A stretch of DNA of 64,000 nucleotides. Source: Octopus sinensis (lineage: Eukaryota). The translations under genes were made by a program, and so were the position numbers. The DNA lies in NCBI RefSeq assembly GCF_006345805.1, contig NC_043009.1:51584001-51648000 (forward strand). Reading direction: 5' to 3'. Positions 39,208-54,013 of the stretch are shown here, piece by piece. The notes below the pieces were generated by a model, which was not told the DNA's origin, did no database searches, and saw only the letters and a list, made by a program, of their open reading frames with translations. Position 1 is the first letter of the stretch. Every line of letters starts with the position of its first letter.

Positions 39208-40689
39208 TCGTATATTACTGTTGTTGCATATAAGCACATTCTTACAGAAATGATTTAAAATAAATTAATATGAAAAATCAGCATGAAATTTTAAATAATT
39301 CAAATGTAGATAACAAATTATTATAAAGGCGCATAAATATGGTGATTTAAGTCTATTTCTAGGGGTTTCTGGTGTTAGTGTGCAATATTCTTTAAATTCC
39401 ATCAATTTTGTTCTTCAGTCTTTCATATAATGCGGATGGTCAGATCAATATACAAAATTCCTGATTCTTACAAATCTATGATCACAAAACTCATGTGAGT
39501 GATTTTCATTATATTAGGTATATAGTTGAAATCCATACATACATTCTGTAGAGCACGCCTTCATTATGCAATTCCTGTATTAATTAATAAGATTATAAGT
39601 TTCTGGATATTTAATCTCGTGTTTCCAATAGATACTCAATCGATTTGATCATCGATTGTAAACAAGTTTTCTCTTGTGTACATACTTATAGATTGAATTC
39701 GATTTAGAAACATTTAACTCGCACCCATTCTGTTACTCTGTATCAACGATAAAACAAATGATGATGATTAAATATCAAACCAATGAAAAGTCTATGTATG
39801 TATAAATAATATTATTATACACTCTAATGATCAGGCTAATTAAACAGAAAATTATAATTATATTAACAACAACCGTCTCAGATATTTGGATATTTAATTA
39901 TTTCGTAGACAAATGAAATATACTCAAGCATGTGTAACTCAAATATTGGTATATCTTTACTTTCTCCTCTGAAGTTTCATATTTTACAATATCCATCCAA
40001 TGTGAGTAAATGTAAATGTCTATCTTGCTTAACATTTAGACGACCAAATATTTCTTAGCAAATATTTAGACGTCGATGTGTCCAAAATTAATTAAACATA
40101 AGGAATTTAAATGAATGAATTTACGGGTTGATTTATGGCCAATACAATTATAGTTATTTAAAATTTCAGTTTTGGACGAAATATTCCGGTAGTGTATATA
40201 TAACTATCACAAGGTTTGTTTCGGCAAATGTATGGTTTAATTGAGTAACTGAAGTTTCAGTTTGATTTCCAATTGTCATTATCCGTTTTAATTTTACATA
40301 TGAGAATATTATTGATCTAGGTTAAAACTTGAATCGATAATCCCTGATTACAATTTGGAATGCTCCTAACAGTGTTGAACAAATTGCTTTCAATTATTAT
40401 TTCCGGCTCTTTTTATTCTGAGTTCAACTCTGTCTAAGGATGAAGTTACCTGTCATTCATTTGCTAGACGATAAGATTCAGTACTATTCAGGGATTGGTT
40501 TCAATATTATCGACTACCCCACTTCTCAAAAATCCTGGTTGTAAAATGAATCTATTATAGTTACATTGTCAAAATCAAACAGGCATTTTTCGGGGAATTC
40601 CAGACTACTGAAAGCAAGTGTGCAAATCATCTCATCTCTAAAGATACGGATAGTATTCAGGAAAATATTTATCGCATAATCGCCTTAAA

Positions 40690-40955
40690 TTTAGAATTTC
40701 TTTTTATGACATCTGGTAAATAGCATTGAGGATATAATGGATTCTAATTCAAACAAATGGCAAGGAATTTTGAGAGGATGAGATGAGTCGATACCATCAA
40801 CTCTACTACTTGACTGTGGAAATTGTGTTTTATCTAACCCGATGGGGTCAAAGGCAAAGTTAACCTCGGCAGAATTTAAACAGAGAACCCCAAAAGCTAA
40901 CATAAATACCGTAAAACATTTTCTCTTATGCTTTCAGGATTCGACCAGCTCGCCA
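40690..40955 (-). mobile_element. SINE family B, degenerate
   Basis: GGCAAAGTTAACCTCGGCAGAATTT...CCAGCTCGCC. Confidence 0.65.
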
Positions 40956-41887
40956 TTATATTGCTGATATAACAAAAGAGTAGAGAATATATATATGAAA
41001 CAAACATTTGTATTACTCTCTAATTATATTTAATGCTTGATAAATGGCCTCCGTCGGTCAAGAAGGCCCAGACTTCTGTCCGCATCAATCCTGGAAAAGC
41101 CACTTTGCAGGAAGTCACTCAGCTCTCCATGCATGCAAGACTTTGATCGTCGTGACTGCAAAATTTATGCAAAGGATTATCCACTGATATTGGGTCGATG
41201 CCACTTGGCAAAAGAGTTTTCGTTCTTGATGTTGTCATATTGCAAAAGGATGGTCGAAATAGCGCAGTGAATTTCGTGAGACTCTCTAATAGTTACAGAA
41301 ATCAATCACGTTGCGTTGGTATTTTTCGTATGAAAATTACCCTGAATTATTGTAAAGCAAAATTTACTTCGGCATGATTTGAACACAGGATGCAAGGGGC
41401 TCAGACCTAATACCATGATGTCACCATCCAAATCTGAACACAGAAAAATTTGCCATTTTCCAATGATAGATTTTCAGCGAAGTACATAGTAAGATAACTT
41501 GTGTGCAACTAAGTTGTTTCATGGCGTTAATTTTGAAAATCTATAAATTTTAATCTGAATTTCTCGACTTTAACTTCAACTGGTTGATAATCAAAACAGA
41601 ATCTTACAATACATTTCACGAGCGAGATTTCGATTAATCTTAAAAGCAGAAATATTTGAATGTGAGCTATATAGACTCAGAAATCAATTCTGCTTGCTCC
41701 TTTCTCTGAGCATACCACTGGCAATTAGATAAATAATCGAAGCACTGTGTGTGACTCATAAATCTAGCAACAAATCATTGAATTGTTAAATATAATCTAG
41801 AACTACGCTAATAACACCACCACAATGGATATCTGTTGTGCGGCCCTCTGCATTGATGTGTGCTAAATAGTTCGTAATAACATGTAA

Positions 41888-42445
41888 ATGATGAATGTAG
41901 TAAAAAAAAGTGTTTGTGGCGGTTTGTTTTTGGTGACAATAATTTCAGTAATTTTTAGCGGACTGAATATTATTTTTATGGTAAAGGACAATAGAAGAAA
42001 TATTACTCACAGTATATCACAAAATATTTTTTTCACTCTTGTATATGAAACACTCCTTATCAGTGCACATCTTCCCTAATGTCTCCGAATTGCAGAGATT
42101 AAATACTGCATCCAGTTTGCACAGAAGCCATGGTAAGCGATATGCATGAATCTGCGTTTAACAAAATGGAAGATATATTTTACCACGAGAAGAAATAGCT
42201 GTAGTGACACAATCCAGAAAGGATTTTGATATGTAGATACGATGTTTTATTATCAGATGTTTATAGAAAAAAACATAAAATAAAAATTCTTTTATGTATA
42301 TTTTCTTAAACATGATTTAGATATATAATTAAAAGAAAACCCTACACCGCATTTGTCCATGGCGTCAGTAACTCATTCCTTTTTCTAGAAATCTTTACTG
42401 AGTTATATATTTCTGACGCTCATCAATTGTCGACATTTACTAAAT
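41888..42445 (+). CDS. Speculative three-exon start of a type II membrane-anchored protein (41888-41980, 42096-42132, 42389-42445)
   Basis: ATG plus a hydrophobic segment, GT-AG sites with compatible phases (0, 1, 1); no homology recognised. Confidence 0.2.
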
Positions 42446-42847
42446 GTAAAATGTAAAATGCAAAGGAATAAATACATATTAAAAAATTTATTAAAAAAAT
42501 CCACGAACAAAACTATGAGTATTTCCAATCTCAGTATATCATCTTTATATATTCTTTCTGAAAAGTGAACCACCCCTTCGAAGGAATGAATGCAAAGAAA
42601 TTAATATATTCTCCTCAACGACACATAAAATCTAAAGAGTTTAGGATTTTACGACAGGGAAAGTTACATAGCCAACTTGAGTATGGGAGTCTATTACTTG
42701 GAGAATGAATAAGTCAAAAATATAATACAAAACTGTGTGTGTATATGTAGGTAAGTATGTATATATGTATGTATCTCTCTCTCATTCTTCTCTATCTCAC
42801 TCTCTCTCTCCGTGTATATATATATATATAATATATATATATATATA

Positions 42848-42891
<44 letters not shown>

Positions 42892-43041
42892 CATGCATAC
42901 ATACATACACAAACATATGTACTTATCGTATAAGAAATACCATGGAAATGTATGACAAATATATTACTATAGTTTTATACGTTTACATTTATACCTATAT
43001 ACGCAAGTATATATATATTATATATATGTTATTGTTCATGC

Positions 43042-43081
<40 letters not shown>

Positions 43082-43425
43082 AAATGTATACCATAGAATG
43101 CGTATACATGCACATACAAACACGCATATTCACACACACGTACATAAAAGCATACATAAACGCATAAACACAAAGAGTGGGAAGTGAAGTAGAGAAAAAT
43201 CTAAGCGGAAAAAATACAGAAAGAAGGTAAAAAAAATCATCATTATATTAATACCGAAATGAAGGAAAATATTAAATATATAGGAAATACCCAAAACAAT
43301 GAAAGGAGAATGAATGAAACAGCAAAGATTCTTGTTAAAAATGTGGGAAAATATACAAAAGAAAAATGTGAAGAATAGGAACAAAGACATACATACATAC
43401 ATACATATATACATACATATATATA

Positions 43426-43457
<32 letters not shown>

Positions 43458-43759
43458 TTGTGCATCTAAAATTGATAAAAAATATACAACAAATAAATTA
43501 TTGAATGAATGAAGATAGGGATTTAGAAGAAATAATAAGTGGAAAGCGAAATGAAAAGAAATGATATGATGGATATCTATATTTGCTACTGAATGATATT
43601 GGTGATATCACATCACAATCCAGTGGCGATTAAAAATCTAGTCGCAAAACTCTTCTTCCTTCCCTATATGCCATGAGATATTAAGATATCATGCGATATC
43701 ATGCTTTACCACACTTAATATCCCATCATTTCAATGGCCAGAACGGAGAAAATATGCTT

Positions 43760-43807
<48 letters not shown>

Positions 43808-43819
43808 CATATATATATT

Positions 43820-43892
<73 letters not shown>

Positions 43893-43911
43893 TACTCATA
43901 TGTATATATAT

Positions 43912-43953
<42 letters not shown>

Positions 43954-44076
43954 ATATATAAAAGATACGCATGTATATATATATACATATGCGTATCTAT
44001 ATATATATATATATATATATAGATACGCATATGTATATGTATATATATATATAAAAGATACGCAGTATATATATAT

Positions 44077-44136
<60 letters not shown>

Positions 44137-44789
44137 ATATACCCTCTGGATACGTGCATATATGCATAGAATAATATATAGAGATTCATATAGAATTATT
44201 GTGTACGAAAATGTCATATTAATCAATGTTTTTCTAGGCGAGGGTGTAAGTCTTATAAGTAAAAAGAAAGATACAAACAATAACAATTTAGCCTAATCAT
44301 ATTAAAATGTGAAAATAAATCCTTCCTGGCACCAAAATGTCTCAAAATGGACGGGAGATGCATCTGTTCGCGGCTATGATGTTTTTGCGTATTTGTTAGG
44401 TAAAGGGAAAAAGATTTCCAAATCTACGTTGGTTCCCTGAAATGTTAGCCATGTACGTGGGCAATATCAATTTCGCCTTAGATTGTCTTGATGTACATAT
44501 AGGTGACGAACGCACAGAATGCACATATGTTCAATATATTGGCATTATTGACTTGTCAAACTAGCGAAAAACCCTTTATGGTCCAAAACACTGAATATCA
44601 TATGTTACGCACGGAGCAATGAAAATGTACCCCCAGCTCTGAGCTGATGACGAGGTAGCTTTATATTCTAGCTAGCGAAAATCTCCTAAGTCTAAAGGTA
44701 ACGACAACATATCTAAGACTTCAGGCAAGTATAAAGACTCTGTCCTGGAATGCGGTTTGGTAGATGTAGTAGCTATATTTCCTCGAAAT

Positions 44790-45151
44790 GGAGGCGCAAT
44801 AGCCCAGTGGTTAGGGCAGCGGACTCGCGGTCATAGGATCGCGGTTTCGATTCCCAGACCGGGCGTTGTGAGTGTTTATTGAGCGAAAACACCTAAAGCT
44901 CCACGAGGCTCCGGCAGGAGATGGTGGTGATCCCTGCTGTACTCTTTCACCACAACGTTCTCTCACTCTTACTTCCTGTTTCTGTTGTACCTGTATTTCA
45001 AAGGGCCGGCCTTGTCACTCTCTGTGTTACGCTGAACCTCCTCGAGAACTACGTTAAGGGTACACGTGTAATTTCACGAGCAGGCTGTTCCGTTGATTCG
45101 GATCAACCGGAACCCTCGTCGTCGTAACCAACGGAGTGCTTCCATCCATCC
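44790..45151 (+). mobile_element. tRNA-derived SINE family C, tail variant 2, with a 12-bp target-site duplication
   Basis: A box 44800-44810, B box 44843-44855, (CCAT)n tail; ATTTCCTCGAAA at 44777-44788 and 45152-45163. Confidence 0.88.
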
Positions 45152-46899
45152 ATTTCCTCGAAACAATAGTGTAGCGTCTTAAGAAAAGAAGAGGATTCAT
45201 TACATTATGTACCCTTAGATATACCTAACACTAATACGCAGCCTGATAATGCAAATAAGTTTCTGGCCTCAATTGAAATTATTGTCCTGTTTCAGCAGGA
45301 GAGATCCATATGTAACTGGGTGTAGAAGAGGACACGAATAGGAACTTATCGGATACTGCACATCGTTTAAATCCGGCGTCAGCCGGCGTTTTCTTGTATC
45401 TTTAAATTTAAAGACTCCAATTAGTAAAAGTTGCTTACTTTAAATTATTTGTAATCAATTGACCAACTTAGAAACCATTATCACTCAAGTAGAAATTGTT
45501 ATAAACAACTTGAAGTGGTTTGATATGCTTTGAGAGATCTTGCTTAGACGTAGGTGAGGCCGTTGCAAATAGATCAACAATGAAATTTAGTATAGTCATA
45601 ACCATGTCATCTTTTTTGATACAGTCTAACACAGATTATATTATTTAATGATTACATCAATTTAAATTAGGAAGATGTGATGTGGGAACCACTGAACACT
45701 TATGTCTATTAGGTCGGGAAATTACCTGTTACCTCAATGAAGTGTAATAGTAGTTCTTGCATGAATAATATATTGGTTGCATGTTTAGTTTTCTTCAACA
45801 ATAGCATTATACCAAAATGTGTATTAGGGTTAATAAAATGTGTATAAATGAAAAGATAATCATGGTTTTGTAACTTTGGCATAAAGGGGCCCACTTTAGG
45901 GAAAAGGCGAGACCGGTTACATCAAACCAGGAATTTTAAGGTTAAATTATTATATCGAAAGAACGGAGATAAATTATCGTCCTTGGCGAGAATTGATCTC
46001 AGAACGTAAAGAGGAGCAATATAAGACAACAAACAACAGACTTTATTCTCACGCTTCTACTCAACGACTTTGAATAGCAACGTTAAGAATATTAATTCGG
46101 AAATTTAGACGTTGTAACGCATTGTGGACGAGAAAGCCGTTACTTATATCGATCTACAAAACATCAGGTTCACATACTTATCTCAAGTAACTTATTAATT
46201 AGAATCTGTGGGTCCTGATTCCGTCGCTCATTTTTAACCATCATCCATACGTATATTGTCTTAAAATATTTTGTACATTTTTCCCATTTTTAAACTCACG
46301 CAGGTAATGATATACGTTGCAATACTAAATCACTTTGTTTAATTGAATAATGAATAGATTTAAATATAATCCCACACCTGATGTAACAAATCTCTTTAAG
46401 GGCAGTTTATTTTTAACATAGTTTATTTTCAAATAAAGCAATGTTTATGTATTATATAACTATCTGACATATCTGCACACTTGAGACTATATAATGCTGC
46501 ATTCAGCAATAATGTTACTGAAAAGGTCTGCTTATTTTTGGTGAATGGACACTGAAGATTAGGAGAAATGTCCTTATGAATATTTATCATTCTATATTTG
46601 TTGTACTATTGAAGTTCAGTACAAAACATCGCCATCGCACATTCACAGATAATGTCGTTAGCTTGAAGTAGCATTACGTAACATTATTAATAAATGCAAG
46701 ATACCTGACTCAGCAAAAAGCCATTCATGCCGTCACTCGGGCAACTATAACTTACAACGAAATCTCTCCTAGCGTTGTAAAAAGACGGTGACTATAAAAG
46801 ATAAAATTTTTTTTCGATGTGTTTAGAAGGCATACTTCAATATCATTAATATCATATTTAGAAGTAATCTCCCCTCACCCCACCCATAAAACATAATAC

Positions 46900-47058
46900 A
46901 CGCAGAGGTATCACATTTAGTCATGAAAGGAATAACAACAGTATTATACAAACGAAAGACTGAAGCCATCATATCGTATGCTACTCCATTCTGGTGTCTA
47001 AACCTCTCTTTAACAAACACCAACATATTACAAGGAGCAGAAAATCACTGGCTACAAA
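46900..47058 (+). mobile_element. I/Jockey-like LINE RT C-terminal fragment
   Basis: TVLYKRKTEAIISYATPFWCLNLSLTNTNILQGAEN, like the LYK..IR..I.YA.P.W...LS.TN...LQ..QN pattern. Confidence 0.45.
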
Positions 47059-47060
47059 TT

Positions 47061-47469
47061 CTTTTACTGGTTTCAGTCATTTCACTGCGGCCAAGCTGGA
47101 GCACCGCCTATATTCGAACAAATCGACCCCAGGACTTATTCTTTCTAAGCCTAGTACTTATTCTATGGGTCTCTTTTGCAGAAACGCTAGGTTCCCGGGA
47201 CATAAACACACCAACATAGATTGGCAAGCAATGGTGGGGTGACAAACACAGACACACACACAAATATATATATACATACACATATACATATATATATTTG
47301 TATATATATACGACGGGCTTCTTGCAGTTTCCGTCTACTAAATCCACAAGGGTTTGGTCGGCCCGAGGCTATAGTAGAAGATGCTTGCCCAAAGTGCAAC
47401 GCAGTGGGACTGAACCCGCAACCATGTGGTTGGGAAGCACGCTTCTTACCATACAGCCACTCCTGTGCC
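47061..47469 (-). mobile_element. SINE family A, full length
   Basis: Family motifs. Confidence 0.85.
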
Positions 47470-47550
47470 ACACACAATAGCACATAATCAAAATTCGCAC
47501 ACGTAGCACAACCGTCTCATACTTAACAAAACCAATATTCTGGAAATGCC

Positions 47551-47850
47551 TTATTTAATCAACCCCGAAAGTCGATCTCGGCGAAATTTGAACTCAGAAC
47601 GTAAAGGCAGACGAAATACCTATTTCTTTACTACCCACATGGGGCTAAACACAGAAGGGACAAACAATGACTGACAAACAGATTAAGTCGATTATATCGA
47701 CCCCAGTGCGTAACTGGTACTTATTTTATCGACCCCGAAAGGATGAAAGCAAAGTCGACCTCGGCAGAATTTTAACTCAGAACGTAACGCAGACAAAACA
47801 TCGCTAAGCATTTCGCCTGGCGTGCTATCGATTCTGCCAGCTCGCCGCCT
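47551..47850 (-). mobile_element. SINE family B, dimeric form
   Basis: Head, body, same linker as the 2697 copy, partial second body. Confidence 0.8.
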
Positions 47851-48235
47851 TAAACCCAGAGTAAGATAATAACCAACTGCATGCAAAACCAATGATAAAT
47901 TTAGAGAAATAGATAATCTACTGACTGAGCTCACCACTCTAAGGTCAACACAAAAGAACCAAAGAAGAAGTTTCTACTTTGTCTCCTACCCACCACAAAA
48001 AGATGCCAAATTCTCTAAACAACTACCGTGTTATAAAAAGCGATGGCGATCAAATTTATTCTAGTGATTCAAGCAAATAGGATAGTGAGAATCGCATTAT
48101 GCTTGATCATATTTTCGTTCAACTAGAGATTAAGTCAGGCTAAATAACACCATCTTCAAGGACATATGTAGACATACAAAGTGGAGAGTGAAGAGAGTAC
48201 AATATTTCCAGACTTTCACACTATGACTATACATA

Positions 48236-48468
48236 TTTCTTTATTACCCACAATGGGCTGCTAAACATAGAGGGGAGAAACAAGGACAGACATAGGTATT
48301 AAGTCGATTACATCGACCCCAGTGCGGAACTGGTACTTAATTTATCGACCTCGAAAGGATGAAAGGCAAAGTCGACCTCGGCGGAATTTGAACTCACAAC
48401 GTAACGACAGACGAAATACCGCTAAGCATTTCATCCGGCGTGCTAACGTTTCTGCCAGCTCGCCGCCT
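48236..48468 (-). mobile_element. SINE family B, ending at the dimer linker
   Basis: Head CTCGCCGCC at 48459-48467; linker at the left end. Confidence 0.8.
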
Positions 48469-49463
48469 TCATCTATACCATTCATCACTATACATCAGAG
48501 AGTTCAGTATAGTTGCGATTTGGAGCGAGAGTATACTTGAGTAACAGTATAGCTAGGATGAAATAGGATAAGAAGAACGACAAACCTGCAAATGGTACTT
48601 AAACAGTCCCCCATTTCACTACCTGCCAAGAGACTGTAGTATAAGAGAGCAGATTTAGAACCACAAATAGTCATCAAACGCGCCAGAAACACCTGAAATT
48701 TGATTGTCTTTAGCGATGCCCATAAAAGAGCTATTTTTATGTCTAGATACTCCGTTCATTTTTCATTCTCGTTTATCTACAGATACATAATGTTCATAAC
48801 GTTCAACCTCTTTAATCTCATCACCCTTGGAGGTCGAGTAAATAAATTGTCACTCTCACTTATATCTAATTGACTTCCACAGAGCTGTTTATGTTTCTAA
48901 AGATGCTGGAGAATACATTTTCTACAGACATTCCCACCATATAAGTTCGATACAGAATAGTGACTATGCTGACCTTAGAATATTTTCAATAGAATATAAA
49001 CATCTTGAACCCTGCTTCTCTTCTGCAATATCCAATAGCTTCTCATATCTCTCCAACGTTTTATTAAACGATATAATAAATATACCCACTCGTTCTTTGT
49101 TTTTATTTTCTTTCGCTTCTTTATCGTCTCTGTTTCATCATGATTTTGCTTTTAGTTACATACATATGCAAACCTTAATATACATGTACATGCATATATA
49201 TACACATATACTTTCAGTGTTCTTTTTTTATTCAGCCATCTTTTGTTTTTGAACATATAGATGTTTGTTTACTTCTGTGTTTTCCATATACGTATATACA
49301 TACATCGATCCATCCATGTCATACACACACACATATACACACACACACGTATACATATACATACATATATTGATATATATGTATATATTTATATGTATAT
49401 CCATATACATATATATACTTATTTGTATGTAGATAAAGACATGTATATATATATATATATATA

Positions 49464-49538
<75 letters not shown>

Positions 49539-50002
49539 ATAGATGCAAGTAGTATTTTCATGGATGTGCACATGAATATATTCGTATGGGTTAGTGTATG
49601 CGAGCGTGTCTGCCGAGAGAACATTATCAATATTCTATAGTAAATATCATTCGCAAGATCACAGAATGAGATAACATCTGATCTTTAACAAGAAACTACG
49701 ATGATATAAATTAAACATGATATCGAGCGATCATATTCAGAGATAGCACTATGATGCGCTTTTGTTTATAGTTCTTGTTGTTGCTGGTTGTATTTGTATT
49801 ATTGCTGTAATAGTAGCCTGGGGCCATAGCAAGTGGTAATTTTGTGTCATTGTCAGCCAAAGGCAGCGTCAATTCGATCAATTGCTTAAGCTATTTCAAT
49901 ATTCTTACATCACTACAGATGTTGATGAGGATGCGTGTGCCTTATTGCTTATTTTAAACGGGTGAAACGGTCTTAAATTGACCAGTAATGTCGTTGATCA
50001 AA

Positions 50003-50337
50003 TACTTGTACTTGTGGCGACATTCACCCTGGGCGGATTGAGTCGGCTTCTTCTACCACCCTCGAGGCATCTCGAACCATGGAAGCCCACGCGAGACGGT
50101 CCTGCGCTAGTTCACTGGAGATAGCGAGCCAGTCACGGTTCCATCGGCGCAGGCCGACCACCTACGGACTCGTGAGCACGAAGAGGTCATCCTTGATCGT
50201 CGTAGCCCAGGTCTTCAGCTGCCCGCTCGCGCGTTTCCACTAGTTGGGAAATGGAGTTGGGAGAAGTACATCACGGCTCAGTTCACTCACCGGACGCCTA
50301 CATGCATGGCCAAACCACCGCAAGCGCCGTTCCATGA
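50003..50337 (-). mobile_element. RTE-clade LINE 3' end with (CAAGTA)n tail
   Basis: MERRLRWFGHACRRP...QLKTWATTIKDDL...ELAQDRLAW; tail CAAGTACAAGTA. Confidence 0.85.
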
Positions 50338-52185
50338 ATTCTCAATGGCGAATACAATGGTTGATCAAATGCCATGTGAAAGAACATATTTGAGAGACTA
50401 GCGCCATATCTATGTGAATATTATATCGCATCATCTTACGGAAGTTGAAATATGTTTATAAATCTTTACTCACCACTAAAATAATTTTTTAAAATTAGTT
50501 GAAGATTATTGAAGGTTAGTGATTTCCATAGCGAGCGAAAAGTGATCGGAGTGCGATACTTAGAAGATCGAAGTGTAATACTCTTGCACCATTAAATACA
50601 TTTCTGGTGTTAAAAATATTCCAGTTTCCTTTCTTCTTCCCCGCTATAGTCCTCTCCGTCGCGCCACATCCCTTAATTTACACTACTTAAAAATATTTTT
50701 GTATATTACAAAGATTTTACGTCACCTAACGGGAAACATTTTCTGCACAAATTGGAAAAGATTCTGTAGAGATCTTAGACTGGGAGCATTGGCATACCGA
50801 CCTAAGAAGATTCGAAACCTATACTTATTGCTTGCTGCTGTAATATAGGATTCACTCAATACGACTACAGCATTCTATGATTAAAATTAAATAACACGAT
50901 AGACAAAGGAGTAGCATGAAAAATAGCAACGTTTTGATTATTGCCTGGAAATGAATTACATTTTTGGAAACGTTTTATTGGAGGTTAACATTGAGCTCTC
51001 GCAGATGTGACAACCCCTTAGCGAAACTATTGTAATATTAATTGCTTAAAGAATCTAACAAATAAATATAAGAAAGGATGTCGAAAGAAAGTGAATGATA
51101 GAAAAGATAAAGACTCACGAAGGAAAACAATTTATAAAATATATGAAAGACTTAAAGTCGAAAAAATCAATCTATATGAAAATAAGAAATATAAAAATAT
51201 AAAGGAAAAACGACTAGATTATTACCCCGCCTTCGAGGAAAAACAGCTAAGAAAATAAAACAACGATCATAATGTTATAATTTGACATTTAAGCAATTAA
51301 ATACGAAATTAGTATTTCGCAAAGGAAATGGAATTGCTTTGAGTCAGAGATGGTAGATGATTTAGGAAGTAAAATTTAGTAGCTTTAAATAGAAAATGAA
51401 CTTTTGGCATATTGACATTCTTATAATGAACTCTACATCAAACGTGGAAGTTCATGAAATACTCGGTAGCAATGATAAATCTGAAATGAATCAGGGGAAA
51501 ATATATTAAATCGGTTCTGAGATATTTTATTTTAATAAGCCAGTAAACTACAAGTAATATTATTTTCTTGGGGAAAAAAAAAATTGAAATTTAAATTGAA
51601 GATCAAGATGACGTTAATTCATTCTAATTTTGGAACTTGTCCAAAAGACCCCCGAGCTGCTTGACTGGTACTTAAATGAATGACCCCAAAATGATGGAAA
51701 GCAAAGTTGATTTCGGCGGCATGTGTACCCAGAGCTATAAGAAAGGATGCGTGGTATTTGATCGATATGAAAAACATAAACCAAGTGAAGTAAGAAGACA
51801 TACACATAAATAAAAAATATAGGAATATAGATAAGGATAGAGATGCAACTACTGCAACCTGTGTTTAAAAATAAATATCATGTCAGACAAATATATGGAA
51901 GAAATGTAATTTTTGTTTTGATTATTGCTGGTAAATTAGTTACAAGAAGTTTGGAAATATTTTATCAGGGGTATGGATCAACTTTGAGCCCAGCCATACG
52001 CGAGCTCCGATCCAACTGTGCGAAAATTTGGACCAGTATACTTTAATATAGCCGCAACTATCGCCAATGAATTGTCAGTGAATTTTGATTAATGGAAACT
52101 GCGTGAAGGCGTTCGCACTTTTATATATTGAAGTTAGTGTGAATACGTGTGTGTGTGTGCGAGAGAGAGTGTGTGCGTGCATATT

Positions 52186-52234
<49 letters not shown>

Positions 52235-52441
52235 AAGAGAGAGAGAGAAAGAGAGAGAGAGAGTGTTCATGTATACAAATGTGCGTCTGTGTATAATTTT
52301 GTCAATGATTGTGACGGAACCGCTATGCTACCATGACTGATGTGTCTACGAACTATACTGTCTCAACAAAACATATCGATAGAATGATTACCAGATTTAA
52401 GATAATTAATAGAGTCGATTTGTTCAGTTATCACTAAAACC

Positions 52442-52762
52442 CAGTCGTTCTCAACCAGGGCCCGCATAACACATGAGTTCCATATAAAACTTTTGGGATC
52501 CACGAAGCAAAACATTAAAATGGGGACCCACCGTACTATATAAAAGACCCATAAAGAAATTTGTTTAGACGTCTTTATTGCAAGAACCAGTTACGTTTCT
52601 CTCAGAAACGTTTTACATAATTTAACCTACACACGTTCAGGTGTGAAAAGACAATAGGAACTCGAAAAGATGTATGCATAAACTAGTTTATAGGGGTTAT
52701 AGGGGTCCACCAGACTTAAACAACATTAAAGGGTTCATAAGTAAAATATTTCAGAACCACTG
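52442..52762. mobile_element. hAT (Charlie-like) MITE
   Basis: CAGTCGTTCTCAA... and ...TTCAGAACCACTG termini; imperfect 8-bp flanks CTAAAACC and CTATGAAC. Confidence 0.6.
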
Positions 52763-52859
52763 CTATGAACGGAGAAACAGCAATGGCAGTAGCCAACCCA
52801 CTGGCTAACAGATTTAAACCAGTAAAAATTTTAATAGATTGTAGATTGTTATGTAGATA

Positions 52860-52882
52860 CCTGTCTATCTATCTATCTATCC

Positions 52883-52939
<57 letters not shown>

Positions 52940-52940
52940 C

Positions 52941-52990
<50 letters not shown>

Positions 52991-53092
52991 GTCTGTCTAT
53001 CTATCTTCTTTTTTTTTTCATACCCCAAAAGGAAAGCTCTACTTTGTAACTTGTCCCATCTGTGTGCAGCCCAGTGTGGCCAATAAAGAAAC

Positions 53093-53165
<73 letters not shown>
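52860..53165. repeat. Two (TCTA)n arrays
   Basis: Direct inspection. Confidence 0.95.
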
Positions 53166-53172
<7 letters not shown>

Positions 53173-53413
53173 TTTCTTTCATTCTTCATCTCCCCCTCTC
53201 TCTCACTCTCTCTCCCTCTCTCTCTCTGTCCACACACATATATGCATTTATATATGTATGGTACTACGTTGGCTTCACTGATTTTCGATCTGACCAGCAT
53301 TCGGAGTTTGGATTTCTATTGCCGATTATGCGAAATACGGTGAAATCAGGTGATACAACAGTGATGTTCGCTGGTCTTGACAGAATATCGACAACCGATA
53401 TGGTGTGTTTGAG

Positions 53414-53452
<39 letters not shown>

Positions 53453-53551
53453 AGAGAGAAAGCGAGAGAGAGAGATATTGGTCACTAGATATATGTATAT
53501 GCATATATATGTAGGCGTGCGTATGTATATATAAGTATATATTATATGATG

Positions 53552-53592
<41 letters not shown>

Positions 53593-53681
53593 TACATAAT
53601 ACGTACATACATACATGCATACTTATATATATATAGGGAAAATTATATATATATTTATACATATATGTACATATATATAAA

Positions 53682-53720
<39 letters not shown>

Positions 53721-53976
53721 AAATACACATATATGTATGCACACATACACACACACTCACATATATATGAAATATCCTTATATTTATGTTACTACGTCTG
53801 TATATATGTATAACGGAGATTCCTCGTTAGATATATGTATATACATATATATAATCATGTATACATACATATATATATGTCTGTATATATACACATACAC
53901 ACACATGCACACACACACGCTCACATATATATATATGAAATGTTTATATATTTATATACATATACATATATACACA

Positions 53977-54013
<37 letters not shown>

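Noticed and set aside
41034-41290. Higher-GC, coding-looking stretch
   Set aside because: Stops in all frames and no recognisable motif.
44644-44685. CTGATGA...TAGCT/AGCTA...GAAA hammerhead-like string
   Set aside because: Five extra nucleotides between the core and stem II, and no convincing stem I or III.
44790-44860. tRNA-like sequence with A and B boxes (also 28618, 19460, 6818)
   Set aside because: SINE heads that continue into repeat bodies; no complete cloverleaf with an acceptor stem.
46547-46573. GGACA-CTGAAGA-TTAGGA-GAAA-TGTCC
   Set aside because: No stem II pairing and no proper stem III or cleavage site.
48865-49260. ~130-codon stop-free plus-strand frame after a good acceptor (AVYVSKDAGEYIF...)
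   Set aside because: Runs into low-complexity sequence with no good donor; the opposite strand shows weak CR1-tail-like motifs, so probably an antisense shadow.
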